This document shows, piece by piece, positions 33,701 to 48,700 of a stretch of DNA of 64,000 nucleotides. The DNA is from Malacoraja senta (taxonomy: Eukaryota). Location: NCBI GenBank assembly GCA_038087875.1, contig JAXLNO010000529.1, forward strand, positions 124,001 through 188,000, given 5' to 3'. Position numbers and translations under genes: made by a program. Below the pieces are notes generated by a model, which worked only from the letters and a program-made list of their open reading frames with translations, was not told the DNA's origin and ran no database searches. Every line of letters begins with the position of its first letter. Within the stretch, counting starts at the first letter, position 1.

Positions 33701-36700
33701 GACTGTGGGGACTGTGTGGGACTGTGGGGACTGTGTGGGACTGTGGGGACTGTGGGACTGTGGGGGACTGTGGGGGACTGTGGGGACTGTGTGGGACTGT
33801 GTGGGACTGTGGGGACTGTGGGGACTGTGTGGGACTGTGTGGGACTGTGTGGGGACTGTGTGGGACTGTGTGGGACTGTGGGGGACTGTGTGGGACTGTG
33901 TGGGGACTGTGGGGACTGTGGGGGACTGTGTGGGACTGTGGGACTGTGTGGGACTGTGTGGGGACTGTGTGGGGACTGTGGGGACTGCGTGGGACTGTGT
34001 GGGGACTGTGGGACTGTGTGGGGAATGTGTGGGGACTGTGTGGGACTGTGTGGGACTGTGGGGACTGTGTGGGACTGTGGGACTGTGTGGGACTGTGGGG
34101 ACTGTGTGGGACTGTGGGACTGTGTGGGACTGTGGGGACTCTGTGGGGACTGTGTGGGACTGTGGGGGACTGTGTGGGACTGTTTGGGACGGTGGGGACT
34201 GTGGGACTGTGGGGACTGTGGGGGACTGTGGGGACTGTGGGACTGTGTGGGACTCTGGGGACTGTGTGGGACTGTGGGGACTGTGGGGACGGTGGGACTG
34301 TGGGGACTGTGTGGGACTGTGGGGACTGTGTGGGACTGTGGGGGACTGTGGGGACTGTGTGGGACTGTGGGGGACTGTGTGGGACTGTGGGGACTGTGGG
34401 GACTGTGTGGGACTGTGGGGACTGTGTGGGGATTGTGTGGACTGTGTGGGACTGTGGGGACTGTGTGGGACTGTGTGGGACTGTGTGGGACTGTGTGGGA
34501 CTCTGGGGACTGTGGGGGACTGTGGGGACTGTGTGGGACTGTGGGGACTGTGTGGGACTGTGTGGGACTGTGGGGACTGTGGGGATTGTGGGGACTGTGT
34601 GGGACTGTGGGGACTGTGTGGGACTGTGTGGGACTGTGTGGGACTGTGTGGGACTGTGGGGACTGTGTGGGACTGTGTGGGACTGTGGGGGACTGTGGGG
34701 ACTGTGTGGGACTGTGGGGACTGTGTGGGACTGTGGGGACTGTGGGGGACTGTGTGGGACTGTGTGGGACTGTGGGGACTGTGTGGGACTGTGTGGGACT
34801 GTGTGGGGACTGTGGGGACTGTGGGGGACTGTGTGGGACTGTGTGGGGACTGTGGGACTGTGGGACTGTCGGGGACTGTGGGACTGTGGGGGCTGTGGGG
34901 GCTGTGGGGAATGTGTGGGACTGTGTGGGGACTGTGGGACTGTGTGGGGACTGTGGGGACTGTGGGGGCTGTGTGGGGACTGTGGGGAATGTGGGGACTG
35001 TGTAGGGACTGTGGGACTGTGTGGGACTGTGGGGACTGTGTGGGACTGTGGGACTGTGTGGGACGGTGGGGACTCTGTGGGGACTGTGTGGGACTGTGGG
35101 GGACTGTGTTGGACTGTTTGGGTCTGTGGGGACTGTGGGACTGTGGGGACTGTGTGGGACTGTGGGGGACTGTGGGGACTGTGGGACTGTGTGGGACTCT
35201 GGGGACTGTGTGGGACTGTGGGGACGGTGGGACTGTGGGGACTGTGTGGGACTGTGGGGACTGTGGGGGACTGTGGGGACTGTGTGGGACTGTGGGGGAC
35301 TGTGTGGGACTGTGGGGACTGTGGGGACTGTGTGGGACTGTGTGGGACTGTCGGGACTGTGTGGGACTGTGTGGGACTGTGGGACTGTGTGGGACTGTGG
35401 GGACTGTGTGGGACTGTGGGACTTTGTGGGACTGTGGGGACTCTGTGGGGACTGTGTGGGACTGTGTGGGACTGTTTGGGACTGTGGGGACTGTGGGACT
35501 GTGGGGACTGTGGGGGACTGTGGGGACTGTGGGACTGTGTGGGACTCTGGGGACTGTGTGGGACTGTGGGGACTGTGGGGACGGTGGGACTGTGTGGGAC
35601 TGTGGGGACTGTGTGGGACTGTGTGGGACTGTGGGGACTGTGTGGGACTGTGGGGACTGTGTGGGACTGTGTGGGGACTGTGGGGACTGTGTGGGACTGT
35701 GTGGGACTGTGTGGGACTGTGGGGACTGTGTGGGACTGTGTGGGGACTGTGGGGACTGTGTGGGACTGTGTGGGACTGTGGGACTGTGTGGGACTGTGGG
35801 GTCTGTGGGGACTGTGTGGGGACTGTGGGCACTGTGGGGACTGTGGGCACTGTGGGGGCCTGTGGGGACTGTGGGGTTGTAGGGACTGTGGGCACTGTGG
35901 GGACTGTGCGGGACTGTATGGGGACTGCGTGGGACTGTGTGGGGACTGTGTGGGACTGTGGGGACTGTGTGGGACTGTGGGGACTGTGTGGGACTGTGGG
36001 GAACTGTGGGGACTGTGGGGACTGTGTGGGACTGTGGGGACTGTGTGGGACTGTGGGGAATGTGTGGGACTGTGTTGGACTGTGGGGACTGTGTGGGACT
36101 GTGTGGGACTGTGGGGGACTGTGTGGGACTGTGGGACTGTGTGGGACTGTGCGGACTGTGTGGGGACTGTGGGGACTGTGTGGGACTGTGAGGGACTGTG
36201 GGGACTGTGTGGGACTGTGGGGACTGTGTGGGGATTGTGGGGACTGTGTGGGACTGTGGGGACTGTGTGGGACTGTGTGGGACTGTGGGGACTGTGTGGG
36301 ACTGTGTGGGACTGTGGGGGACTGTGGGGACTGTGTGGGACTGTGGGGACTGTGTGGGACTGTGGGGACTGTGTGGGACTGTGTGGGACAGTGGGGACTG
36401 TGGGGATTGTGGGGACTGTGTGGGACTGTGGGGACTGTGTGGGACTGTGTGGGACTGTGGGGACTGTGTGGGACTGTGGGGACTGTGTGGGACTGTGGGG
36501 GACTGTGGGGACTGTGTGGGACTGTGGGGACTGTGTGGGACTGTGGGGACTGTGGGGGACTGTGGGGACTGTGTGGGACTGTGTGGGACTGTGGGGACTG
36601 TGGGGACTGTGTGGGACTGTGTGGGACTGTGGGGACTGTGTGGGGACTGTGGGGACTGTGGGGGACTGTGTGGGACTGTGGGACTGTGTGGGACTGTGTG

Positions 36701-39700
36701 GGGACTGTGGGACTGTGGGGGCTGTGGGGGCTGTGGGGAATGTGTGGGACTGTGTGGGGACTGTGGGACTGTGTGGGGACTGTGGGGGCTGTGTGGGGAC
36801 TGTGGGGAATGTGGGGACTGTGTGGGGACTGTGGGACTGTGTGGGACTGTGTGGGACTGTGTGGGACGGTGGGGACTCTGTGGGGACTGTGTGGGACTGT
36901 GTGGGACTGTTTGGGACTGTGGGGACTGTGGGACTGTGGGGAATGTGGGGACTGTGTAGGGACTGTGGGACTGTGTGGGACTGTGGGGACTGTGTGGGAC
37001 TGTGGGACTGTGTGGGACGGTGGGGACTCTGTGGGGACTGTGTGGGACTGTGGGGGACTGTGTTGGACTGTTTGGGTCTGTGGGGACTGTGGGACTGTGG
37101 GGACTGTGTGGGACTGTGGGGGACTGTGGGGACTGTGGGACTGTGTGGGACTCTGGGGACTGTGTGGGACTGTGGGGACGGTGGGACTGTGGGGACTGTG
37201 TGGGACTGTGGGGACTGTGGGGGACTGTGGGGACTGTGTGGGACTGTGGGGGACTGTGTGGGACTGTGGGGACTGTGGGGACTGTGTGGGACTGTGTGGG
37301 ACTGTCGGGACTGTGTGGGACTGTGTGGGACTGTGGGACTGTGTGGGACTGTGGGGACTGTGTGGGACTGTGGGACTTTGTGGGACTGTGGGGACTCTGT
37401 GGGGACTGTGTGGGACTGTGTGGGACTGTTTGGGACTGTGGGGACTGTGGGACTGTGGGGACTGTGGGGGACTGTGGGGACTGTGGGACTGTGTGGGACT
37501 CTGGGGACTGTGTGGGACTGTGGGGACTGTGGGGACGGTGGGACTGTGTGGGACTGTGGGGACTGTGTGGGACTGTGTGGGACTGTGGGGACTGTGTGGG
37601 ACTGTGGGGACTGTGTGGGACTGTGTGGGGACTGTGGGGACTGTGTGGGACTGTGTGGGACTGTGTGGGACTGTGGGGACTGTGTGGGACTGTGTGGGGA
37701 CTGTGGGGACTGTGTGGGACTGTGTGGGACTGTGGGACTGTGTGGGACTGTGGGGTCTGTGGGGACTGTGTGGGGACTGTGGGCACTGTGGGGACTGTGG
37801 GCACTGTGGGGGCCTGTGGGGAATGTGGGGTTGTAGGGACTGTGGGCACTGTGGGGACTGTGCGGGACTGTATGGGGACTGCGTGGGACTGTGTGGGGAC
37901 TGTGTGGGACTGTGGGGACTGTGTGGGACTGTGGGGACTGTGTGGGACTGTGGGGAACTGTGGGGACTGTGGGGACTGTGTGGGACTGTGGGGACTGTGT
38001 GGGACTGTGGGGAATGTGTGGGACTGTGTTGGACTGTGGGGACTGTGTGGGACTGTGTGGGACTGTGGGGGACTGTGTGGGACTGTGGGACTGTGTGGGA
38101 CTGTGCGGACTGTGTGGGGACTGTGGGGACTGTGTGGGACTGTGAGGGACTGTGGGGACTGTGTGGGACTGTGGGGACTGTGTGGGGATTGTGGGGACTG
38201 TGTGGGACTGTGGGGACTGTGTGGGACTGTGTGGGACTGTGGGGACTGTGTGGGACTGTGTGGGACTGTGGGGGACTGTGGGGACTGTGTGGGACTGTGG
38301 GGACTGTGTGGGACTGTGGGGACTGTGTGGGACTGTGTGGGACAGTGGGGACTGTGGGGATTGTGGGGACTGTGTGGGACTGTGGGGACTGTGTGGGACT
38401 GTGTGGGACTGTGGGGACTGTGTGGGACTGTGGGGACTGTGTGGGACTGTGGGGGACTGTGGGGACTGTGTGGGACTGTGGGGACTGTGTGGGACTGTGG
38501 GGACTGTGGGGGACTGTGGGGACTGTGTGGGACTGTGTGGGACTGTGGGGACTGTGGGGACTGTGTGGGACTGTGTGGGACTGTGGGGACTGTGTGGGGA
38601 CTGTGGGGACTGTGGGGGACTGTGTGGGACTGTGGGACTGTGTGGGACTGTGTGGGGACTGTGGGACTGTGGGGGCTGTGGGGGCTGTGGGGAATGTGTG
38701 GGACTGTGTGGGGACTGTGGGACTGTGTGGGGACTGTGGGGGCTGTGTGGGGACTGTGGGGAATGTGGGGACTGTGTGGGGACTGTGGGACTGTGTGGGA
38801 CTGTGTGGGACTGTGTGGGACGGTGGGGACTCTGTGGGGACTGTGTGGGACTGTGTGGGACTGTTTGGGACTGTGGGGACTGTGGGACTGTGGGGACTGT
38901 GTGGGACTCTGGGGGACTGTGGGACTGTGTGGGACTCTGGGGACTGTGTGGGACTGTGGGGACGGTGGGACTGTGGGGACTGTGTGGGACTGTGGGGACT
39001 GTGTGGGACTGTGGGGGACTGTGGGGACTGTGTGGGACTGTGGGGGACTGTGTGGGACTGTGGGGACTGTGGGGACTGTGTGGGACTGTGTGGGACTGTC
39101 GGGACTGTGTGGGACTGTGGGGACTGTGTGGGACTGTGTGGGGACTGTGGGGACTGTGTGGGACTGTGTGGGACTGTGGGACTGTGGGGACTGTGTGGGA
39201 CTGTGTGGGGACTGTGGGGTCTGTGTGGGACTGTGTGGGACTGTGGGACTGTGTGGGACTGTGGGGACTGTGGGGACTGTGTGGGGACTGTGGACACTGT
39301 GGGGACTGTGGGCACTGTGGGGGACTGTGGGGGCCTGTGGGGACTGTGGGGTTGTAGGGTCTGTGGGCACTGTGGGGACTGTGGGGGAATGTGGGGACTG
39401 TGGGGGCTGTGGGGACTGTGGGGGACTGTGGGACTGTGGGGGACTGTGCGACTGTTGGGGAATGTGGGACTGTGGGGACTGTGTGGGGACTGTGTGGGGA
39501 CTGTGGGACTGGGGGGACTGTGGGGACTGTGTGGGGACTGTGGTGTGGGGACTGTGTGGGGACTGTGGGACTGGGGGGACTGTGGGGACTGTGTGGGGAC
39601 TGTGTGGGGACTGTGTGGGGACTGTGGGACTGTGTGGGGACTGTGGGGACTGTGGGGGCTGTGTGGGGACTGTGGGGAATGTGGGGACTGTGTGGGGACT

Positions 39701-42700
39701 GTGGGACTGTGTGGGGACTGTGGGGACTGTGGGACTGTGTGGGGACTGTGGGGGACTGTGTGGGGACTGTGGGACTGTGTGGGGACTGTGTGGACTGTGG
39801 GACTGTGTGGGACTGTGTGGGGACTGTGTGGGACTGTGTGGGGACTGTGGGGACTGTGTGGGACTGTGGGGACTGTGGGACTGTGTGGGGACTGTGGGGG
39901 ATGTGTGGGGTCTGTGGAACTGTGTGGGGACTGTGTGGACTGTGGGACTGTGTGGGACTGTGGGACTGTGTGGGGACTGTGTGGGACTGTGTGGGGACTG
40001 TGGGGACTGTGTGGGACTGTGTGGGACTGTGGGGACTGTGGGGACTGTGTGGGACTGTGGGGGACTGTGTGGGACTGTGTGGGACTGTGTGGGGACTGTG
40101 GGGACTGTGGGGGACTGTGTGGGACTGTGGGACTGTGTGGGACTGTGTGGGGACTGTGTGGGGACTGTGGGGACTGCGTGGGACTGTGTGGGGACTGTGG
40201 GACTGTGTGGGGAATGTGTGGGGACTGTGTGGGACTGTGTGGGACTGTGGGGACTGTGTGGGACTGTGGGACTGTGTGGGACTGTGGGGACTGTGTGGGA
40301 CTGTGGGACTGTGTGGGACTGTGGGGACTCTGTGGGGACTGTGTGGGACTGTGGGGGACTGTGTGGGACTGTTTGGGACTGTGGGGACTGTGGGGACTGT
40401 GTGGGACTGTGGGGACTGTGGGACTGTGTGGGACTCTGGGGACTGTGTGGGACTGTGGGGACTGTGGGGACGGTGGGACTGTGGGGACTGTGTGGGACTG
40501 TGGGGACTGTGTGGGACTGTGGGGGACTGTGGGGACTGTGTGGGACTGTGGGAGTGTGTGGGACTGTGGGGACTGTGGGGACTGTGTGGGACTGTGTGGG
40601 ACTGTGTGGGACTGTGGGGACTGTGTGGGACTGTGGGGACTGTGTGGGACTGTGTGGGGACTGTGTGGGACTGTGTGGGACTGTGTGGGACTGTGGGACT
40701 GTGTGGGACTGTGGGGACTGTGTGGGACTGTGTGGGGACTGTGGGGACTGTGTGGGACTGTGTGGGACTGTGTGGGACTGTGGGGACTGTGGGCACTGTG
40801 CGGACTGTGGGCACTGTGGGGGACTGTGGGGGCCTGTGGGGACTGTGGGGTTGTAGGGACTGTGGGCACTGTGGGGACTGTGGGGGAATGTGGGGACTGT
40901 GGGGGCTGTGGGGACTGTGGGGGACTGTGGGACTGTGGGGGACTGTGCGACTGTGGGGGAATGTGGGACTGTGGGGACTGTGTGGGGACTGTGTGGGGAC
41001 TGTGGGACTGGGGGGACTGTGGGGACTGTGGGGACTGTGTGGGGACTGTGTGGGGACTGTGTGGGGATTGTGGGACTGGGGGGACTGTGGGGACTGTGGG
41101 GACTGTGTGGGGACTGTGTGGGGACTGTGTGGGGACTGTGGGACTGGGGGGACTGTGGGGACTGTGGGGACTGTGTGGGGGACTGTGGGGACTGTGGGGA
41201 CTGTGGGGGAATGTGGGACTGTGGGGGACTGTGGGGACTGTGGGGGAATGTGGGACTGTGGGGGACTGTGCGACTGTGGGGGACTGTGGGGACTGTGGGG
41301 GACTGTGCGACTGTGGGGGAATGTGGGACTGTGGGGACTGTGTGGGGACTGTGTGGGGACTGTGGGACTGGGGGGACTGTGGGGACTGTGTGGGGACTGT
41401 GTGGGGACTGTGTGGGGACTGTGGGACTGGGGGGACTGTGGGGACTGTGTGGGGACTGTGTGGGGACTGTGTGGGGACTGTGGGACTGTGTGGGACTCTG
41501 GGGACTGTGTGGGACTGTGGGGACTGTGGGGACGGTGGGACTGTGGGGACTGTGTGCGACTGTGGGAACTGTGTGGGACTGTGGGGGACTGTGGGGACTG
41601 TGTGGGACTGTGGGGGACTGTGTGGGACTGTGGGGACTGTGGGGACTGTGTGGGACTGTGTGGGACTGTGTCGGACTGTGGGGACTGTGTGGGACTGTGG
41701 GGACTGTGTGGGGACTGTGGGGACTGTGTGGGACTGTGTGGGACTGTGTGGGACTGTGGGACTGTGTGGGACTGTGGGGACCGTGTGGGACTGTGTGGGG
41801 ACTGTGGGAACTGTGTGGGACTGTGTGGGACTGTGGGACTGTGTGGGACTGTGGGGACTGTGGGGACTGTGTGGGGACTGTGGGCACTGTGCGGACTGTG
41901 GGCACTGTGGGGGACTGTGGGGGCCTGTGGGGACTGTGGGGTTGTAGGGACTGTGGGCACTGTGGGGACTGTGGGGGAATGTGGGGACTGTGGGGGCTGT
42001 GGGGACTGTGGGGGACTGTGGGACTGTGGGGGACTGTGCGACTGTGGGGGAATGTGGGACTGTGTGGGGACTGTGTGGGGACTGTGGGACTGGGGGGACT
42101 GTGGGGACTGTGGGGACTGTGTGGGGACTGTGTGGGGACTGTGGGACTGGGGGGACTGTGGGGACTGTGTGGGGACTGTGTGGGGACTGTGTGGGGACTG
42201 TGGGACTGGGGGGACTGTGGGGACTGTGGGGACTGTGTGGGGGACTGTGGGGACTGTGGGGACTGCGTGGGACTGTGTGGGGACTGTGGGACTGTGTGGG
42301 GACTGTGGGGACTGTGGGGGCTGTGTGGGGACTGTGGGGAATGTGGGGACTGTGTGGGGACTGTGGGACTGTGTGGGGACTGTGGGGACTGTGTGGGGAC
42401 TGTGGGGGACTGTGTGGGGACTGTGGGACTGTGTGGGGACTGTGTGGACTGTGGGACTGTGTGGGACTGTGGGACTGTGTGGGGACTGTGTGGGACTGTG
42501 TGGGGACTGTGGGGACTGTGTGGGACTGTGGGGACTGTGTGGGGACTGTGGGGGACTGTGTGGGGACTGTGGGACTGTGTGGGGACTGTGTGGACTGTGG
42601 GACTGTGTGTGGGACTGTGGGACTGTGTGGGGCTGTGTGGGACTGTGTGGGGACTGTGGGGACTGTGTGGGACTGTGGGGACTGTGGGGCTGTTTGGGAC

Positions 42701-45700
42701 TGTGTGGGGACTGTGGGGACTGTGGGACTGTGTGGGACTGTGGGGACTGTGTGGGACTGTGTGGGGACTGTGGGACTGTGTGGGACTGTGTGGGACTGTG
42801 GGGACTGTCGGGACTGTGGGACTGTGTGGGACTGTGTGGGGACTGTGGGACTGTGGGGGACTGTGTGGACTGTGGGGCTGTGGGACTGTGTGGGACTGTG
42901 GGACTGTGTGGGGACTGTGGGGCTGTGTGGGGACTGTGGGACTGCGTGGGGACTGTGGGGGGACTGTGGGACTGTGTGGGGACTGTGGGGACTGTGGGGA
43001 CTGTGGGACTGTGTGGGGACTGTGGGACTGTGGGACTGTGTGGGGACTCTGGGACTGTGTGGGGACTGTGGGGACTGTGGGACTGTGGGGACTGTGGGGA
43101 CTGTGGGACTGTGTGGGACTGTGGGGACTGTGTGTGGGACTGTGGGACTGTGTGGGGACTGTGTGTGGGACTGTGGAGACTGTGTGGGGACTGTGGCGAC
43201 TGTGGGGACTGTGTGGGGACTGTGTGGGGACTGTGGGGACTCTGGGACTGTGTGGGACTGTGTGGGACTGTGTGGGGACTGTGTGGGGACTGTGCGGACT
43301 GTGTGGGACTGTGGGGACTGTATGGGGACTGCGTGGGACTGTGTGGGGACTGTGTGGGACTGTGGGGACTGTGGGGACTGTGTGGGACTGTGGGGGACTG
43401 TGGGGACTGTGTGGGACTGTGGGGGACTGTGGGGACTGTGGGGACTGTGTGGGACTGTGGGGACTGTGTGGGACTGTGGGGAATGTGTGGGACTGTGTTG
43501 GACTGTGGGGACTGTGTGGGACTGTGTGGGACTGTGGGGGAATGTGTGGGACTGTGGGACTGTGTGGGACTGTGGGGACTGTGTGTGACTGTGTGGGGAC
43601 TGTGGGGACTGTGTGGGACTGTGGGGGACTGTGGGGACTGTGTGGGATTGTGGGGACTGTGTGGGACTGTGGGGACTGTGGGGGACTGTGTGAGACTGTG
43701 TGGGACTGTGGGGACTGTGTGGGGACTCTGGGGACTGTGTGGGACTGTGGGGACTGTGTGGGACTGTGTGGGACTGTGTGGGACTGTGTGGGACTGTGTG
43801 GGACTGTGGGGACTGTGTGGGACTGTGTGGGACTGTGGGGGACTGTGGGGACTGTGTGGGACTGTGGGGACTGTGTGGGACTGTGGGGACTGTGTGGGAC
43901 TGTGGGGGACTGTGTGGGGGACTGTGGGGACTGTGGGGGAATGTGGGACTGTGGGGGACTGTGGGGACTGTGGGGACTGTGGGGGAATGTGGGACTGTGC
44001 GACTGTGGGGGAATGTGGGGACTGTGGGGGACTGTGGGACTGTGGAGACTGTGTGGGACTGTGTGGGGACTGTGGGACTGTGGGACTGTCGGGGACTGTG
44101 GGACTGTGGGGACTGTGGGGGCTGTGGGGACTGTGTGGGACTGTGTGGGGACTGTGGGACTGTGTGGGGACTGTGGGGACTGTGAGGGCTGTGTGGGGAA
44201 TGTGGGGACTGTGTGGGGACTGTGGGACTGTGTGGGGACTGTGGGGACTGTGGGACTGTGTGGGGACTGTGGGGGACTGTGTGGGGACTGTGGGACTGTG
44301 TGGGGACTGTGTGGACTGTGGGACTGTGTGGGACTGTGGGACTGTGTGGGGACTGTGTGGGACTGTGTGGGGACTGTGTGGGACTGTGGGGACTGTGGGA
44401 CTGTGTGGGGACTGTGTGGACTGTGGGACTGTGTGGGACTGTGTGGGGACTGTGTGGGACTGTGTGGGGACTGTGGGGACTGTGTGGGACTGTGTGGGAC
44501 TGTGGGGACTGTGGGGCTGTTTGGGACTGTGTGGGGACTGTGGGGACTGTGGGACTGTGGGGACTGTGTGGGACTGTGTGGGGACTGTGGGGACTGTGGG
44601 ACTGTGGGGACTGTGGGGACTGTGGGACTGTGTGGGACTGTGTGGGGACTGTGGGACTGTGGGGGACTGTGTGGACTGTGGGGCTGTGGGACTGTGTGGG
44701 ACTGTGTGACTGTGTGGGGACTGTGGGGCCGTGTGGGGACTGTGGGACTGCGTGGGGACTGTGGGGGGACTGTGGGACTGTGTGGGGACTGTGGGGACTG
44801 AGGGGACTGTGGGGACTGTGGGACTGTGTGGGGACTGTGGGACTGTGGGACTGTGTGGGGACTGTGGGACTGTGTGGGACTGTGTGGGGACTGTGGGGAC
44901 TGTGGGACTGTGGGGACTGTGGGGACTGTGGGACTGTGTGGGACTGTGGGGACTCTGGGACTGTGTGGGACTGTGTGGGACTGTGTGGGGACTGTGTGGG
45001 GACTGTGCGGACTGTGTGGGACTGTGGGGGAATGTGTGGGACTGTGGGACTGTGGGGGACTGTGGGGACTGTGGGGACTGTGTGGGACTGTGGGGACTGT
45101 GTGGGACTGTGGGGAATGTGTGGGACTGTGTTGGACTGTGGGGACTGTGGGGACTGTGTGGGACTGTGGGGGAATGTGTGGGACTGTGGGACTGTGTGGG
45201 ACTGTGGGGACTGTGTGTGACTGTGTGGGGACTGTGGGGACTGTGTGGGACTGTGGGGGACTGTGGGGACTGTGTGGGACTGTGTGGGACTGTGGGGACT
45301 GTGTGGGACTGTGTGGGACTGTGGGGACTGTGTGGGGACTCTGGGGACTGTGTGGGACTGTGGGGACTGTGTGGGACTGTGTGGGACTGTGTGGGACTGT
45401 GTGGGACTGTGGGGACTGTGTGGGACTGTGGGGACTGTGTGGGACTGTGTGGGACTGTGGGGGACTGTGGGGACTGTGTGGGATTGTGGGGACTGTGTGG
45501 GACTGTGGGGACTGTGTGGGACTGTGGGGGACTGTGTGGGGGACTGTAGGGACTGTGGGGACTGTGGGGGAATGTGGGACTGTGGGGGACTGTGGGGACT
45601 GTGGGGACTGTGGGGGAATGTGGGACTGTGGGGGACTGTGCGACTGTGGGGGAATGTGGGGACTGTGGGGGACTGTGGGACTGTGGAGACTGTGTGGGAC

Positions 45701-48700
45701 TGTGTGGGGACTGTGGGACTGTGGGACTGTCGGGGACTGTGGGACTGTGGGGACTGTGGGGGCTGTGGGGACTGTGGGGGCTGTGGGGGCTGTGGGGCAT
45801 GTGTGGGACTGTGTGGGGACTGTGGGACTGTGTGGGGACTGTGGGGACTGTGGGGGCTGTGTGGGGACTGTGGGGAACGTGGGGACTGTGTGGGGACTGT
45901 GGGACTGTGTGGGGACTGTGGGGACTGTGGGACTGTGTGGGGACTGTGGGGGACTGTGTGGGGACTGTGGGACTGTGTGGGGACTGTGTGGACTGTGGGA
46001 CTGTGTGGGACTGTGGGACTGTGTGGGGACTGTGTGGGACTGTGTGGGGACTGTGGGGACTGTGTGGGACTGTGGGGACTGTGGGACTGTGTGGGGACTG
46101 TGGGGGACTGTGTGGGGACTGTGGGACTGTGTGGGGACTGTGTGGACTGTGGGACTGTGTGGGACTGTGGGACTGTGTGGGGACTGTGTGGGACTGTGTG
46201 GGGACTGTGGGGACTGTGTGGGACTGTGTGGGACTGTGGGGACTGTGGGGCTGTTTGGGACTGTGTGGGGACTGTGGGGACTGTGGGACTGTGTGGGACT
46301 GTGGGGACTGTGTGGGACTGTGTGGGGACTGTGGGGACTGTGGGACTGTGTGGGACTGTGGGGACTGTGGGACTGTGTGGGACTGTGTGGGACTGTGTGG
46401 GACTGTGTGGGGACTGTGGGACTGTGGGGGACTGTGGGGCTGTGGGACTGTGTGGGACTGTGTGGGACTGTGTGGGACTGTGTGGGGACTGTGGGGCTGT
46501 GTGGGGACTGTGGGTCTGCGTGGGGACTGTGGGGGGACTGTGGGACTGTGTGGGGACTGTGGGGACTGAGGGGACTGTGGGGACTGTGGGACTGTGTGGG
46601 GACTGTGGGACTGTGGGACTGTGTGGGGACTGTGGGACTGTGTGGGGACTGTGGGGACTGTGGGACTGTGGGGACTGTGGGGACGGTGGGACTGTGTGGG
46701 ACTGTGGGGACTGTGTGTGGGACTGTGGGACTGTGTGGGGACTGTGTGTGGGACTGTGGAGACTGTGTGGGGACTGTGGGGACTGTGGGGACTGTGTGGG
46801 GACTGTGTGGGGACTGTGGGACTGTGTGGGACTGTGTGGTGACTGTGTGGGGACTGTGGGGACTGTGTGGGTCTGTGGGGACTGTATGGGGACCGCGTGG
46901 GACTGTGTGGGGACTGTGTGGGACTGTGGGGACTGTGTGGGACTGTGGGGGACTGTGGGGACTGTGTGGGACTGTGGGGGACTGTGGGAACTGTGGGGAC
47001 TGTGTGGGACTGTGGTGACTGTGGGGGACTGTGTGGGGACTGTGGGACTGTGTGGGGACTGTGTGGACTGTGGGACTGTGTGGGACTGTGGGACTGTGTG
47101 GGGACTGTGTGGGACTGTGTGGGGACTGTGGGGACTGTGTGGGACTGTGGGGACTGTGGGACTGTGTGGGGACTGTGGGGGACTGTGTGGGGACTGTGGG
47201 ACTGTGTGGGGACTGTGTGGACTGTGGGACTGTGTGGGACTGTGGGACTGTGTGGGGACTGTGTGGGACTGTGTGGGGACTGTGGGGACTGTGTGGGACT
47301 GTGTGGGACTGTGGGGACTGTGGGGACTGTGGGGCTGTTTGGGACTGTGTGGGGACTGTGGGACTGTGTGGGACTGTGGGGACTGTGTGGGACTGTGTGG
47401 GGACTGTGGGGACTGTGGGACTGTGTGGGACTGTGTGGGACTGTGGGGACTGTGGGACTGTGTGGGACTGTGTGGGACTGTGTGGGGACTGTGGGACTGT
47501 GGGGGACTGTGGGGCTGTGGGACTGTGTGGGACTGTGGGACTGTGTGGGGACTGTGGGGCTGTGTGGGGACTGTGGGACTGCGTGGGGACTGTGGGGGGA
47601 CTGTGGGACTGTGTGGGGACTGTGGGGACTGAGGGGACTGTGGGGACTGTGGGACTGTGTGGGGACTGTGGGACTGTGTGGGGACTGTGGGACTGTGTGG
47701 GGACTGTGGGGACTGTGGGACTGTGGGGACTGTGGGGACGGTGGGACTGTGTGGGACTGTGGGGACTGTGTGTGGGACTGTGGGACTGTGTGGGGACTGT
47801 GTGTGGGACTGTGGAGACTGTGTGGGGACTGTGGGGACTGTGTGGGGACTGTGTGGGGACTGTGGGACTGTGTGGGACTGTGTGGTGACTGTGTGGGGAC
47901 TGTGGGGACTGTGTGGGTCTGTGGGGACTGTATGGGGACCGCGTGGGACTGTGTGGGGACTGTGTGGGACTGTGGGGACTGTGTGGGACTGTGGGGGACT
48001 GTGGGGACTGTGTGGGACTGTGGGGGACTGTGGGGACTGTGGGGACTGTGTGGGACTGTGGTGACTGTGTGGGACTGTGGGGAATGTGTGGGACTGTGTT
48101 GGACTGTGGGGACTGTGTGGGACTGTGTGGGACTGTGGGGGACTGTGGGGACTGTGTGGGACTGTGGGGACTGTGTGGGACTGTGGGGACTGTGTGGGAA
48201 TGTGGGGGACTGTGGGGACTGTGTGGGGGACTGGGGACTGTGGGGACTGTGGGGGAATGTGGGACTGTGGGGGACTGTGGGGACTGTGGGGACTGTGGGG
48301 GAATGTGGGACTGTGGGGGAATGTGCGACTGTGGGGGAATGTGGGGACTGTGGGGGGCTGTGGGACTGTGGGGACTGTGTGGGACTGTGTGGGGACTGTG
48401 GGACTGTGGGACTGTCGGGGACTGTGGGACTGTGGGACTGTGTGGGACTGTGGGGACTGTGTGTGGGACTGTGGGACTGTGTGGGGACTGTGTGTGGGAC
48501 TGTGGAGACTGTGTGGGGACTGTGGGGACTGTGGGGACTGTGTGGGGACTGTGTGGGGACTGTGGGACTGTGTGGGACTGTGTGGGACTGTGTGGGACTG
48601 TGTGGTGACTGTGTGGGGACTGTGGGGACTGTGTGGGTCTGTGGGGACTGTATGGGGACCGCGTGGGACTGTGTGGGGACTGTGTGGGACTGTGGGGACT

